Shown: positions 12,425 to 24,097 of the stretch, piece by piece
Layout: every line of letters begins with the position of its first letter
Position numbering within the stretch: the first letter of the stretch is position 1
NCBI RefSeq assembly: GCF_004010195.1
Contig: NC_057728.1
Location: forward strand, 54,405,378 to 54,469,377
Origin: Chiloscyllium plagiosum
Lineage: Eukaryota
Reading direction: 5' to 3'
DNA length: 64,000 nucleotides
Made by a program: the position numbers and the translations under genes
Notes under the pieces: model-generated
What the model was told of the DNA's origin: nothing
Databases searched by the model: none
The model's input: only the letters and a program-made list of their open reading frames with translations

Positions 12425-12785
12425 GGAATGTAGTATAGGAGGGGACAGTATCATTAGGAAGATGGTCACAAGTGGGAGTCCAAAAGGATTTGTTACTGCC
12501 CAGTGCTGGGGTTAAGGACATCACCTTAGGGCTAGAGAAGAACTCGGAGAGGGAGATGAGGGATCCAGTAGCTGTCCTCCACATTGGTACCAACAACATT
12601 GGTAGGGTTAGAAAAGAAATTCTGCTGAACAGTTAGGAACTGAATTTAAAAATCAGGATCTCCAAAGTGGTAATCTCAGGATTACTCCCTGAAACATGGC
12701 AAATTAGCATAGAGCAATTAAAGTCAAGGAGTTAAATGAGTGGCTTGAAGATTGGTGGGGGAGGAATGGCTTTCAGTTCATAGTG
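12425..12785 (+). pseudogene. CR1 ORF1 SGNH-esterase domain remnant
   Basis: Frameshifted GGDSIIR...LPSAGVKDIT...VLHIGTNNIG...KVVISGLLPE...LNEWLEDWWGRNGFQF. Confidence 0.75.
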
Positions 12786-12949
12786 TATTATCAAAGATGT
12801 GTATTTGCAGCCCATGTGCTAACTCACCCAATGTCCTGTTCCCTCCACACCTCAGTGCTCAATGACATATACTTGCTCCTGATTCAGCAAGGTCTTGTTT
12901 TACTTATGCAGTTTCCATCAGATTCACAAAGCTCTGTGATATTGTTAAT

Positions 12950-13225
12950 TCTCCAATGCCAGCATTCCCAATTTCTCCCTGTAATCTTTCATCCCCTTGG
13001 CAATCAAGAATTGTTTTAAGTATACTCGATGACCTAAGCTCTGTAGCCTTCTCTGACAATGAATTCCACAGACTCACCACTCTCTGGCTAAGAAGATTTC
13101 TCCTTGTCTCCGTTCTAAAAGGTCTTCCCTTTGCTCCAAGGCTGCGCCCTCAGGTCCTCATCTCTCCTGTCAATGGGAACATCTTCCCAATATCCACTCT
13201 GTCCAGGCTGTTCAGTATTCTAATA
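12950..13225 (-). mobile_element. CR1 3' fragment
   Basis: Plus strand GAATTCCACAGACTCACCACTCTCTGGCT, the antisense of the CR1 ORF2 end. Confidence 0.7.
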
Positions 13226-13908
13226 ATGTGACTGGAGTAGTAATCCAGGACCTCAGCTGATGTTCTGAGGGCATGTTTGAACCCCAGCAGATGATGAAGT
13301 TTGAATTCAATAAAATTCTAGTCTGATGGCAACCAGTCAATTGTTAAAACTCCATCTGGTTCACTCCCACCCTTTAGGAAAGGGAATCTGCAATCCTCAT
13401 CTGCTCTGAATGACATCAGACTCCACAGCAATGTGGTTAACTCTGAACTACCCTTTGCAATAGGCAGTAAATGTCAACCTAGCCAGTGAAGCCCAAATTC
13501 CATGAAATAAGATACTCCAATTTCTGGTATTTCCTCTTTAAATCTCTACACTTTTTGACTTCTCTCTCTTCCTTTAACACGTTCTATAAAACTATCTGTC
13601 AATCCAGGTTTTAGACAATTCAGTCACATATTCTTTGATGTAGTTTCCCTTTGAGTGGGTTTTCTCCAGAATGTCATGCTGACCCACATCACTTTGATCT
13701 GAAGCTTGCCTTCAGTACAATGTTCCTGAGCTAAATGTTCCAGCTCTCCTGTTAACCAATACCTGAATATAAATCCTCATCTTGCCTAGCGAATCAAAAC
13801 TGTGTCCGAGTTCCTTTATGGATAGGAATAGCTTTATGTATAACTCTAACTTTCATTAATATAACACCTTTACCATAGACAAATGTCACAAGGCATTTCA
13901 CAGCACAG

Positions 13909-14310
13909 GGGGAAAGTGAGGTCTGCAGGTGCAGGAGATCAGTGTCGAGAGTGTGTTGCTGGAAAAGCCCAGCCGGTCAGGCAGCATCCGAGGAGCAGGA
14001 GAATCGATGTTTCGGGCATAAGCTCTTCATCAGGATTCACAAACTAGAATAAAAGGCATTAACCAAGGCCTTTCATTGTCCAAAACGTCCATGGTTCCTT
14101 CCATGTCCCCACCAACTTAGGCTGTCTATGCATCTTCCAAACTTGTGGCCTCAGTAACTTGAGGAGGACGGCAGCAGATTCATGGGAACATTACCATCTG
14201 CAAGTTCTCCTCCAAGCCACTCAAGGATTCCTGATGAAGGGCTTATGCCTGAAATGTCCATTCTCCTGCTCCTCAGATGCTGCCTGATCGGCTGTGCTTT
14301 TCCAGCACCA
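13909..14310. mobile_element. PLE pLTR insertion with inverted termini enclosing copied local DNA
   Basis: Minus pLTR 13909-14034, insert 14034-14221, plus pLTR ~14225-14310; TSD CATTTCACAGCACAG 13894-13908 and CATTTCACAACACAG 14311-14325. Confidence 0.8.
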
Positions 14311-14807
14311 CATTTCACAACACAGAAGAGTTGTCCCGTTATTCTCAATTTGTCCCACCCTCCTCTCTGAGTTGAAAGATTTAAGGACTGGATTTTTGCT
14401 GAATTGGGGCCAACTTTGGCGACTCTATAACAGTGGTATATGCACCTAATCCAGGATTCCCATCTCTATTAGCAGTTTTGGCAATTTTCACTGGTGTGGA
14501 ATAATGCTGCAGGTAGCTAGCTTATACCATGTATTCCTGATCTCGCTGGTCCAATGATGGGGTTAGCCATCTCATACATACAGCTCACAATTATCTTCGG
14601 CCAACATAGCCACACTGATGATTCACAAACTAGTGTAAAAGGCCTTAACCAAGCTCCTTCATTCTCCATACCGTCCATGGCTCATTCCATGTCCCCACCA
14701 ACTTAGGCTGTCTCTGCATCTTCCAAAATTGTGCCCTCAGTAAATTGAGGAGGAGGGCAGCAGATTCATGGGAACATTACCACCTGCAGGTTCTCCTCCA
14801 AGCCACT
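14034..14807 (+). repeat. 188-bp direct repeat pair (14034-14221 and 14620-14807)
   Basis: Ungapped alignment by eye, about 18 mismatches. Confidence 0.95.
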
Positions 14808-17390
14808 AAGCAAAAGTGAGGACTGCACATGCTGGAGGTTAGAGTCAAGAGTGTGGTGCTGGAAAAGCACAGCAGGTCAGGCAGCATCTGAGGAGCAGGA
14901 AGATCGACATTTGGGCAAAAGCCCTTCATCAGAAATGGGGCTGTGAGCCGAAGGGATGGAGAGATAAATGGGAGGCGGGGTGATGCTGGGGGGAAGGGAG
15001 CCGAGAGTACGATAGGGTAGATAGAGATGGGGGTAAAGATGATAGGTCAGAGGGGAAAGTGGAGCGGATAGGTGGGAAGGAAGATGGACAGGTGGGACAG
15101 GTCATGAAGGTGTTGCTGAGCAGGAAGGTTGGAATTGGGATAAGGTGGGGGGGAAGGGAAATGAGGAAACTGGTGAAATCCACATTTATGCCGTGTGGTT
15201 GGTGGGTCCCGAGGCGGAAGATGAGACATTCTTCCTCCAGGCAATGGCTGGTAAGGGAGTGGCGACGGAGGAGGCCCAGGACCTGCATGTCTTTGGTGGA
15301 GTGGGAGGGGGAATTGAAGTGTTTGGCCACAGAGCGGTGGAGTTATTTGGTGTGGGTGTCCTGGAGATGTTCTCTGAAGCGCTTTGCAAGTAGGCATCCT
15401 ATCTTCCCAATGCGGAGGACACTGCATCGAGAGCAACGGATACAGTAAATGACGTGTGGAAGTGCAGGTAAAACTGATGGATGTGGAAGGCTCCTTTGGG
15501 GCCTTGGGTGGAGGTGAGGGGGGTAATGTGGGTGCAGGTTTTTCAATTCCTGCGGTGGGAGGGGAGGGTGCTGGGAGGGGAGGGTGGGCTGGTGAGTGCG
15601 TGGCCCTGACGAGCCGTGCTGGAAGGGGTGGGTGGCTTGTTGGGGAAGCGTGGACCTGACAAGGGAATTGTGGAGAGAACGGTATTTACGGAAAGCGGAT
15701 AGGGGTAGGGAGGGAAATATATCTCTGGTGGTGGAGTCCGTTTGTAAGTGGCAGGAATGGTGGAGGATAATGCAATGTATACGGAGGTTGGTGGGGTGGA
15801 AGGTGAAGACGGTGGGGTGGGGGGGTTCTGTCCTTGTTGCAGTTGGAAGGGTGGGGTTCAAGGGCAGAGTTGGATGAGATGCACTGAAGGGCATCATCAA
15901 CCACATGGGAGGGGAAGTTGCAGTCTTTGAAGGAGGCCAACTGGTGTGTTCTGTCGTGGAACTGGTCCTCCTGAGAGCAGATACGGCAGAGGCAGAAGAA
16001 TTGGGAATATAGGATAGCATTTTTACAGGAGGCAGGGTGGAAGGTGGTGTAGTCCAGGTAGCTGTGGGAGTCAGTGGGTTTGTAGAAGCTGTCCGTGTTG
16101 AGTCGGTGACCGTTGATGGAGATGGACAGGTCCAGGAAGGGAAGGGGTGTGTCAGAGATGGTCCAGATGAATTTAAGGTCGGGGTGTAATGTGTTGGTCA
16201 AGCTGATGAACTGTTCAACCTCCTTGTGGGAGCACGAGGAGGCACCGACACAGTCATCAATGTAGCGGAAGAAGAGGTGGGGAATGGTGCCAGTGTAACT
16301 ATGGAAGGTGAACTGTTCCACATAACCAACAAAGAGACAGGCATAGCTGGGGCCCATGTGGGTGCCCATGGCTGCACCTTTGGTCTGGAGGAAGTGGGAG
16401 TATTCAAAGGAGAAATTATTGAGGGTGAGGACCAGTTCAGCCAAACGAATAAGAGTGTCAGTGAAAGGCTACTGATGGCGATGTCGGGAGAGGTAGAAAT
16501 AGAGGGCTTGGAGGCCCTGGTCATGGCGGATGGAGGCATTTAGGGACTGGATGTCCCATGGTGAAGATGAGGCATTAGGGGTCAAGGAAACAAAAGTCTT
16601 GGAGGAGGTGGAGGGCGTGGGTGGTGTCCAGAATGTATGTGGGGAGTTCCTGGACCGGGGGATAGGACAGTATCAAGGTATGTGGAGTTGAGTTCAGTGG
16701 GGCAGAAGCTGGCCGAGATGATGGGTCAGCCGGGGCAATCAGGATTGTGGATCTTAGGTAAGAGGTAGAACTGGGTGGAGCAGGGTTCCTGAACTATGAG
16801 ATTGGAAGTTGTGGTTGGGAGATCCCCTGAAGTGATGCGGTTGTGTATGGTCTGGGAGATGATGGTTTGGTGATGGGAGGTGAGGTTGTGGTCGAGAGGG
16901 CGGTAGGAGGAGGTGTCTTCGAGTTGGCGCCTGGCTTTAGCAGTGTAGAAGTCAATGTGTCAAACTACCACTGCACCCCTCTTGTCCGCTGGTTTACTGG
17001 TGAGGTTGGGGTTTGGAACATAGAGGGTGGAGGTCCACAAGTTGTGAGGGTGAGAGGTTGTAGTGTGTGAGGGGGAATGGACAGGTTGAGGCAGTCAATG
17101 TCCAGGTGGCAGTTGGAAGTAAAGAGATCGAGGGCAGGTAACAGACCAGCATGTGGTGTCCAGGTGGATGGGGTGCGTTGGAGGTGGAAGAAGGTGGGCG
17201 GGAGTGTTGGTGGAAAAAGTAAGCCCGAAGGTGCAGGCAGTGAAAGAAGTGTTCAATGTCACAACGCACATTGAATTCATTGATCTGGGAGCAGAGGGGT
17301 TGAAGGTAAGGCCTTTGCTGAGGACTGATCGTACACCTCAGTGAGGGGGAGGTCTGGGCGAGTGGTGAAAACTAGGCAGGGCTGGGAGCC
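14808..17390 (-). mobile_element. Penelope-like retroelement, long degenerate copy (RT + GIY-YIG + family 1 pLTR)
   Basis: ORF 15686-16444 LTLNNFSF..FLQTKGAAMGTHMGPSYACLFVG..FFRYIDD..PFLDL..YKPTDSHSYLDY; VIYCIRCSRC GIY-YIG remnant near 15350-15450; pLTR 14808-14935; frameshifts; interrupts an L2/CR1-group 3' fragment. Confidence 0.92.
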
Positions 17391-18867
17391 AGGACCTGGA
17401 CTTGGAAATTGATCTAATTTCTTTCAGTGTCACTGGGTCAGAATCCTGGAAATCTCTCTCTAACAGCATGGTGAGTGTACCTACCAATAAATGGATGGTA
17501 CAATGAGGCATCTTACTCCCACCTTCTTCACAGAATTATGATGAGCAAGACATGTTGGTTTATCCAGAGACACACACCTTCCATGAGCAAACCATTTAAA
17601 GGAATAACTAAATTAGCTGAAACAAATGATCAACCATCTGCTCCTCAATTACTGTGAATGCTTGGCTGAGCTCCAAAGCTCAATAATTGACCAGCTTAGC
17701 AGGAGGTCTATTTTCATAGTTAGAAGTACAGTGTTTCCTTTGATTGAGTAATTTTTCTGAGGTTATAATAAGCTTTCTTTCTTTTCCAATTTCTGAATGT
17801 TTAGTTGGACAAGATTAAGCACTGTGAAGTGAAGCTTCTATTATTGATTTTATAATTGCTATCTGATTGACATTTTAAAACTGTTATAAGATAGCAGCTT
17901 CTCTCAGAGCAGTTTTCTGAAATGCTGGTTTTCTAAGTGCATTTCAAGACTCACCATCGTTACTATGTGGTACATTGGTTGTAAGGTACACAGTGGGTGA
18001 GAGGGCATAGAATATGCAAAGAGGACGATGGAAGGGGTATTAAGTGAGAAGGAGAGGCATGGAAATGCCGGAAGTTGGGCACATGGAGATGGCAGGGGGA
18101 TCATGGGGACAAGAAATGGCGAATGGAGCATGGAGACAGCATGTGGAGTGAATGGGGAAATGATGAGATGAGGACTAAAAGACCTAACAACAATTAAAAC
18201 AATTGGGACTAACAACTTCTCACCAGCTGCCGAGCACCTCCACTCAATTTCCCCAATTCCTTAGAATTAAAATAAATCTCCTTTTTAAGGAGGCACTTCT
18301 AGTGGGTTGAGAATTTTCCTGACACAATCTGTTCCATTCAATGACAAAAACTATGGGCCTCTGAGTTCAAGTCCTATTGCAGGAATTGTGTGATGAAACC
18401 AGACTCAATCTCCAGCCCAGTGCTGTGTGAGTGCTGCTTTGTTAGCAGTGCCTTTCTTTGAGGTGATGTCTGTTTGCTTCGGTGGTTCAGGACAATGAAT
18501 ACGATTCTGTGGCTGTATTTAAGAAGACCAATATTCAGACCAAATATTTCTCCAATAAGTTAAGTGTACTAGCCAGACATTGTCCTCATTATTGTTTGTG
18601 GGATTTCGCTGGATTGAATGTTGTGTTTGACTGTGTAATTAAACATTGCGCTCCAAGATCGTGCATGGTATTCCAAGCATTTTGAACTCCTCTGAGAGAC
18701 AGGTTATTTAAGTGTTAAATTACAGTGATTGGACTTGACTGTGAGGCACTCCACAAATGAATAGCTCACCAGTGCCCATTAATATTGGACACAATGACAG
18801 TGACTGACTTTAAGAGATAAATTAGGGACAATCAGTGGAAGAATAGAGTCACTGGTGGGGACACGTT

Positions 18868-19320
18868 CATAAGATCATTAGTCACAGGACCAGATGTAGG
18901 CCATTCAGCACATTGATCCTCCTCTGCTGTTCAATAATGTAGGCCATTCAGCACATCGATTCTCCTCTGCTGTTCAATAATGTAGGCCATTCAGCACATC
19001 GATCCTCCTCTACTGTTCAATAATGTAGGCCATTCAGCACATCGATCCTCCTCTGTTGTTCAATAATGTAGACCATTCAGCACATCGATCCTCTGCTGTT
19101 CAATAAGGTCATGGCTGACCTGATAATCGCCAACTGCCTTTTCCCCATAACCCCTAGATTTCTTACTGATCAAAAATCTGTCTCGCTCAGCCTTGAATAT
19201 ACTCAACGACCCAGCCTTACCAGCTTTATGCATTGAAGAATTCTACAAATTCACTAACCCCCTGAGAGAGAAAAACAATCATCCTCATCTCTGTTTAGAT
19301 GGATGACACCTTATGTGACT
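18868..19320 (-). mobile_element. Old CR1 3' tail containing a tandem array
   Basis: GTAGGCCATTCAGC...TCATGGCTGA...TTCCCCATAACCCC resembles the other CR1 tails in the window. Confidence 0.65.
18894..19105. repeat. Minisatellite, 5 x 43 bp
   Basis: Unit ATGTAGGCCATTCAGCACATCGATCCTCCTCTGCTGTTCAATA; last unit 40 bp. Confidence 0.95.
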
Positions 19321-19934
19321 CCTGACTGATTGAATTAATGGGACCATATTCAGTTGCGCCTGATATTGTCAAACTTAAAAAGTTCTTTTTTTTCTTTTTG
19401 ATTTCCATCCGAAATTAAACTGTTGTTGTAAATTATGAGGAAGGCTAGGATTTGCAAATAGTAGAGCCTTCAGTTTAACTAGCTTGAATTAATTGACTAT
19501 TTCCACATAGCACTCACAATCTGCCTAACCTTTGCTCTTGAGTCGTATGGTAATGTTTCCAGCATGCTCTGTTTGTGTCTGTGTGTGTGTTTTATGAGTA
19601 TGTGAATAATTGTTGCATAGGCACGTGCAACATCAGAATATAATTATTGTAATTAATAATACAACTGACCACATTCTCTTCGAGAAAGTGTGATTCCATC
19701 TCCAGCGTTACTCTGGGGACATGATGATTGCAAATGTGACATCATTGTTTAAGAAAGGGGCAAATGATAACTTAAAAAAAAATTTATAGACCTATCAGGT
19801 TGACATCAATAGTATGAAAACTGATGGAGGCCATAATACAAGATAAGATAAATATACACAGAGAAATATAAGTTAATGCTAGACAGTCAACTGGTTTTGC
19901 CAAGGGCAGGTCAAGTTGAATTGAGGAGCAAATT

Positions 19935-21760
19935 ATTCATAAGTCTGAACACTCATCATCCACCATTACTCTCCTCCACCTGGCTGAACTTGTTCTGTCA
20001 CTGAACAGTTTCTCCTATAGGCATCCACATGGGTCCCAGTTATGCCCTGCGTCTTTATGGGGTATGTGGAACAATCCTTGTTCCAGTCCTACACCGGCCC
20101 CCTCCCACAACTCTTTTCTCGGTACGTTGGCATCTGCTTCAGTGCTGCTTCATGCTCCCGCCTGGACCTTGAAATATTTGTTCATTTTGCCTCCAATTTC
20201 CACCCCTCTATTACTTGCATGTCATCCATTTCTGACACTTCCCTTCCTTTCCTTGACCTCTGTCTCCATTTCAGGGAATAAACTGTCCACTACAATGCAT
20301 CAACTCCCATAGTTACCTTCACTATAACTCTTCACACCCCACATCCTGCAAGGACTCCATCCCATTCTCCCAGTTCCTTTGCCTACGCTATATTTATCCA
20401 GAAGATGCCACTTCCATGAGCATAGTTTCCCACCCACTATGGTTGACAGGACCCTCAATCCATCCAACCTATCACCCGGGCTTCTGCCCTTGCCCCTTCC
20501 CATCGCTCACAACAGCATGATTGGCTCCCACTTGTTCTAACATGTTCCTCCCTCCAGCCTCCGCATTCAAAGGATCATTCTCCGTCATTTCAGCCAACTC
20601 CAGCAGAACGCCATCACCAGACACAACTTCCCCTCTCTACTGTCTGCACCTCACAGGGGTTGTTCCTTCCAGGACAGCCTAATCCATTCCACAACCACCA
20701 ACACCACCCCCCCTTCCCATGGCACCTTGCCATATAACTGCAGAAGGTACGACACCTGCCCCTTCACCACCTCCCTGTTCACCATCCAAGGGTCTAAACA
20801 GTCTTTCCCATTGAAGCAGCATTCCACCTGCACCTCCTCCAATCCTGAGTTTTGTATTCACTGCAACTAATGTGGCCTTGTCTGCATTGGAGAAACCAAA
20901 CACAGACTGAGTGACTGCTTTGCAGAAAACCTCTGGTCTGTGCACAAGCATGACCCCAACCTTCTCATAGCCAGTCATTTTAACACAGCAACCTCCTCAT
21001 ATAGCCACTTGTCTCTCCTTGGGATGCTGCAATGCTCCAGCAAAGCAATTACAACATTTAAAAGGCATGGGTATATGAATAGGAAGGGTTTAGAGGGATA
21101 TGGTAAAAACAAGGACTGCAGATGCTGGAAACCAGAGTCCAGATTAGAAAAGCACAGCAGGTCAGGTAGCATCCAAGGAGCAGGAAAATCGATGTTTCGT
21201 GCAAAAGCCCTTCATCAGGAATAGAGCACTTAGAGGGATATGGGCCAAGTGCAGGTAAAAGGGATTAGATTAGATTAGGACATCTGATCAACGTGGACGA
21301 GTTGGTCCAAAGTGTCTGTTTCTGTGCTGTACATCTCTATGACTCTATGAATCACAGCATAAACTGGAGGAACAATATCTCATCTTCAAACTGGGCAATT
21401 TACAACCTTCTGGGCTCAAGATTGGGTTCAACACCTTCAGATTGTGAACCCATTCCTTCCCTTCCTTTTAGCTTTGTTTGTTACATTCTCTGTCACCCTC
21501 TCTCCCCTCCTACCAACACCACACCAACCCCGTCTTCCCAGTCTGGCAGTTAGACACACATTCTTACATTCCAATCACTTAATCTGAATTATCAACATCT
21601 TTTCTCACCCAGCCTCCAATCCCTCCCCCCCAGCTATTGCATTAATGCTGCCCCTCCGTACAGCTTTGATGAAGAGTCATATAGACTTGAAAAGTTAGCT
21701 TGCTCTCTCTAGGGATGCTGCCTGACCCGCTGTGATCTCCATCGCTTCTTCTTTTCAGTT
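19935..21760 (+). mobile_element. Penelope-like element, older copy with family 3 pLTR
   Basis: MGPSY..VFMGYVEQSLFQSY..LFSRYVG..LPFLDL RT remnant; CIHCN*CGLVCIGETKHRL GIY-YIG remnant; terminus TTGATGAAGAGTCATATAGACTTGAAA near 21666. Confidence 0.85.
21045..21350 (+). mobile_element. HER1/CR1 tail nested in the PLE, itself interrupted by a family 1 pLTR (21104-21229, minus)
   Basis: TSD TTAGAGGGATATGG at 21090-21103 and 21230-21243. Confidence 0.85.
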
Positions 21761-22159
21761 CAAATTGGGTTCTTTGACAAGGTGGATGAGAGTAGTGCCG
21801 TGGATGTTGTGTATTTTGACTATCAGAAAGCATCTGAAACTATGCCACATGACAGGTTGGCGAACAAATTATAAAAATGCCCAGGATTGATGAGTCCTTG
21901 GCAGCATGGAGTGGAAGTTGGCTAAAAGGTAGGAATTAGAGGCTAGGTATAGATGGGCATCTCTCAGACTGAAAATGAGTTGAAAGTGATGTTCCACAGG
22001 GATTACTGTTGGGGCCTTGCTTTTTCTGAGTTATATAAACAATTTGAGGGCAAAATTCATAAATTTGCAGATGATATTAGCTAGGGAGAATAGTAAATTG
22101 TGAGGATGACGCAGAGGTACATTGACAAATTGGCCAAATGAGCAGACACCCAGCAGAGT

Positions 22160-22277
22160 GGGTGCTCCTTCATCAGGTGGTTGAACAGCGCTCTCAAAGC
22201 TAGTGCTTCCAAATAAACCTGTTGGACTATAAACTGGTGTTGTGTCATTTTTAACTTTGTACACCCCAGTCCAACCC
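22160..22277. mobile_element. Family 2 pLTR fragment with short inversion
   Basis: GCTCCTTCATCAGGTG followed by AAAGCTAGTGCTTCCAAATAAACCTGTTGGACTATAA...ACACCCCAGTCCAAC. Confidence 0.75.
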
Positions 22278-22590
22278 AGGATTCAGTGCACAGTTCTCTG
22301 AAGGTAGCCAGGCAAGTTGAAACAGTTGTTGAGAAACCTCATGGGATCCTTGGGTTTATAAATAGAAACTTGGAGTATTAAAGCAAGGAAGTGATGTATT
22401 ATCTCTACAACAAGATCATATTTGGAGCATTATGTTCAGTTCTGGGCATCTTATCTAAGGAAGGATGGTGAAGCCCTGGAGAGAGTTCAAAGGAGATTTA
22501 TTGGAATTATACCAGGTGTGAGGGGTTTTTAGATGCAAAGAAGAATAAGAGAATCTGACATTATTTACCTTGGAGCAGAGAAGATTAAGA

Positions 22591-23006
22591 GGTTTTCCCT
22601 GGAGCGACGGAGGCTGAGGGGTGACCTTATAGAGGTTTACAAAATTATGAGGGGCATGGATAAGATAAATTGACAAAGTCTTTTCCCTGGGGTCAGGGAG
22701 TCCAGAACTAGAGGGCATAGGTTTAGGGTGAGAGGGGAAAGATATAAAAGAGACTTAAGGGGCAACTTTTTCACACAGAAGATGGTACGTGTATGGAGTG
22801 AGCTGCCAGAGGAAGTGGTAGAGGCTGGTACAGTTGTAACATTTAAAAGGCATTTGGATGGGTATATGAATAGGAAGGGTTTGGAGGGATATGGGCCCAG
22901 TGCTGGCAAGTGGAACTAGATTGGGTTGGGATATCTGGTTGGCATGGACGGGTTGGACCGAAGGGTCTGTTTCCATGCTGTACATCTCTATGACTCTATG
23001 ACTCTA
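22591..23006 (+). mobile_element. HER1/CR1 LINE 3' fragment (young)
   Basis: RGERYKRDLRGNFFTQKMVRVWSELPEEVVEAG; (CTATGACT)n tail. Confidence 0.92.
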
Positions 23007-24097
23007 TATTGTAGTGTTCAAACTTATGAACAATTTTGACAATAAATCTCCTCTGAACTCTCTCCAGGGCTTCACCATCCTTCCTTAGATAAGATGCCTA
23101 GAACTGAACACAATAAAACCATTTCCACTGGTTTGTATGTCAGTAACTTGGGATCACAATTTCAAGATTGTCTGCAAGAGAGCGGGGAATGAAATGAGGA
23201 GAAACCTCTTTACTCAGAGAGTTGTTAGGAGTTGGAATGCGCCGCCTGGAAGAATGGTGGAAGCGGATTCCATTTCAGATTTCAAAGGAGAACCGATTCT
23301 GTATTCGAAAGGAATGCATTTAGTGGATTATGGAGATAGGGCTGCAGAATGAGACCAGCTGGATAGCTCTTCCTGGAGACGATAGATCAAATGGCCTCCT
23401 TCTGTACTCTAAATTCAATGATCCTATTATGCTACTTGCTGTTGATTATGTTGTTCTGTAGGAGCCTGAATTGCTGAAGCAGCCTGCACTTTTCCATATA
23501 CTTTGTAGTTTGCAGCTATGGATAGCGATGGTGAAGGCTCCAATTCTCTTTCCATCTAGTGGCTGACCAGGAATCGCTCCTTCTCTTTGCACCTACCATA
23601 CATGGTAAAGTTTCTATTCAACCTGTTTGGCTGTGTTATGAACAACCTTCCTTTAGCCATCAAATCCTGGGGTGGGGCCCTGAAGATGGAACTTCTGGTT
23701 CAGACACAGGAACTCTTCCATGCTGCTGCTACATTGCTGAAAACTGTTCTAGCAATCATTCATCTGTGACAACAATTTCACTTCTTAAGTGAGATATTGT
23801 CAAAATGAGTAGAAATAGGAAGTAATCGAACCCATGGGGGTTAACAGGTGAAAATTCTGTCTTCTCAAATGTTGATCTCGTTTCTCACTGGTAAACAATT
23901 GAAAGACTGCCGACAGAATACCCTGCCATGGATTCAGTGAGGAGGAGGTCGTCAGGTTGTTTTAGAAAGACTTCTCCCAGTCTGATAAATAATGTAATGA
24001 ATCTTGAAACGAACCTCATTTCTCGTTCATTCGTATGTGAGCAGTGTTTATAAAGCCAGCTAATTGGCTAATGAAGGCAGTGGAGAGATACATTTTT

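Larger units (their letters stand above)
19690..23420 (+). mobile_element. Old CR1 LINE (RT to 3' end) fragmented by nested insertions
   Basis: IANVTSLFKKG..YRPIRLTSIV (19730-19810) resumes as FFDKVDESSAVDVVYFDYQKA (21770-21830) and ends with NLFTQRVVRSWN (~23205-23240). Confidence 0.8.

Noticed and set aside
18894..19105. Possible CRISPR array
   Set aside because: Units are contiguous with no unique spacers, lie inside a LINE tail, there are no cas genes, and the DNA is eukaryotic
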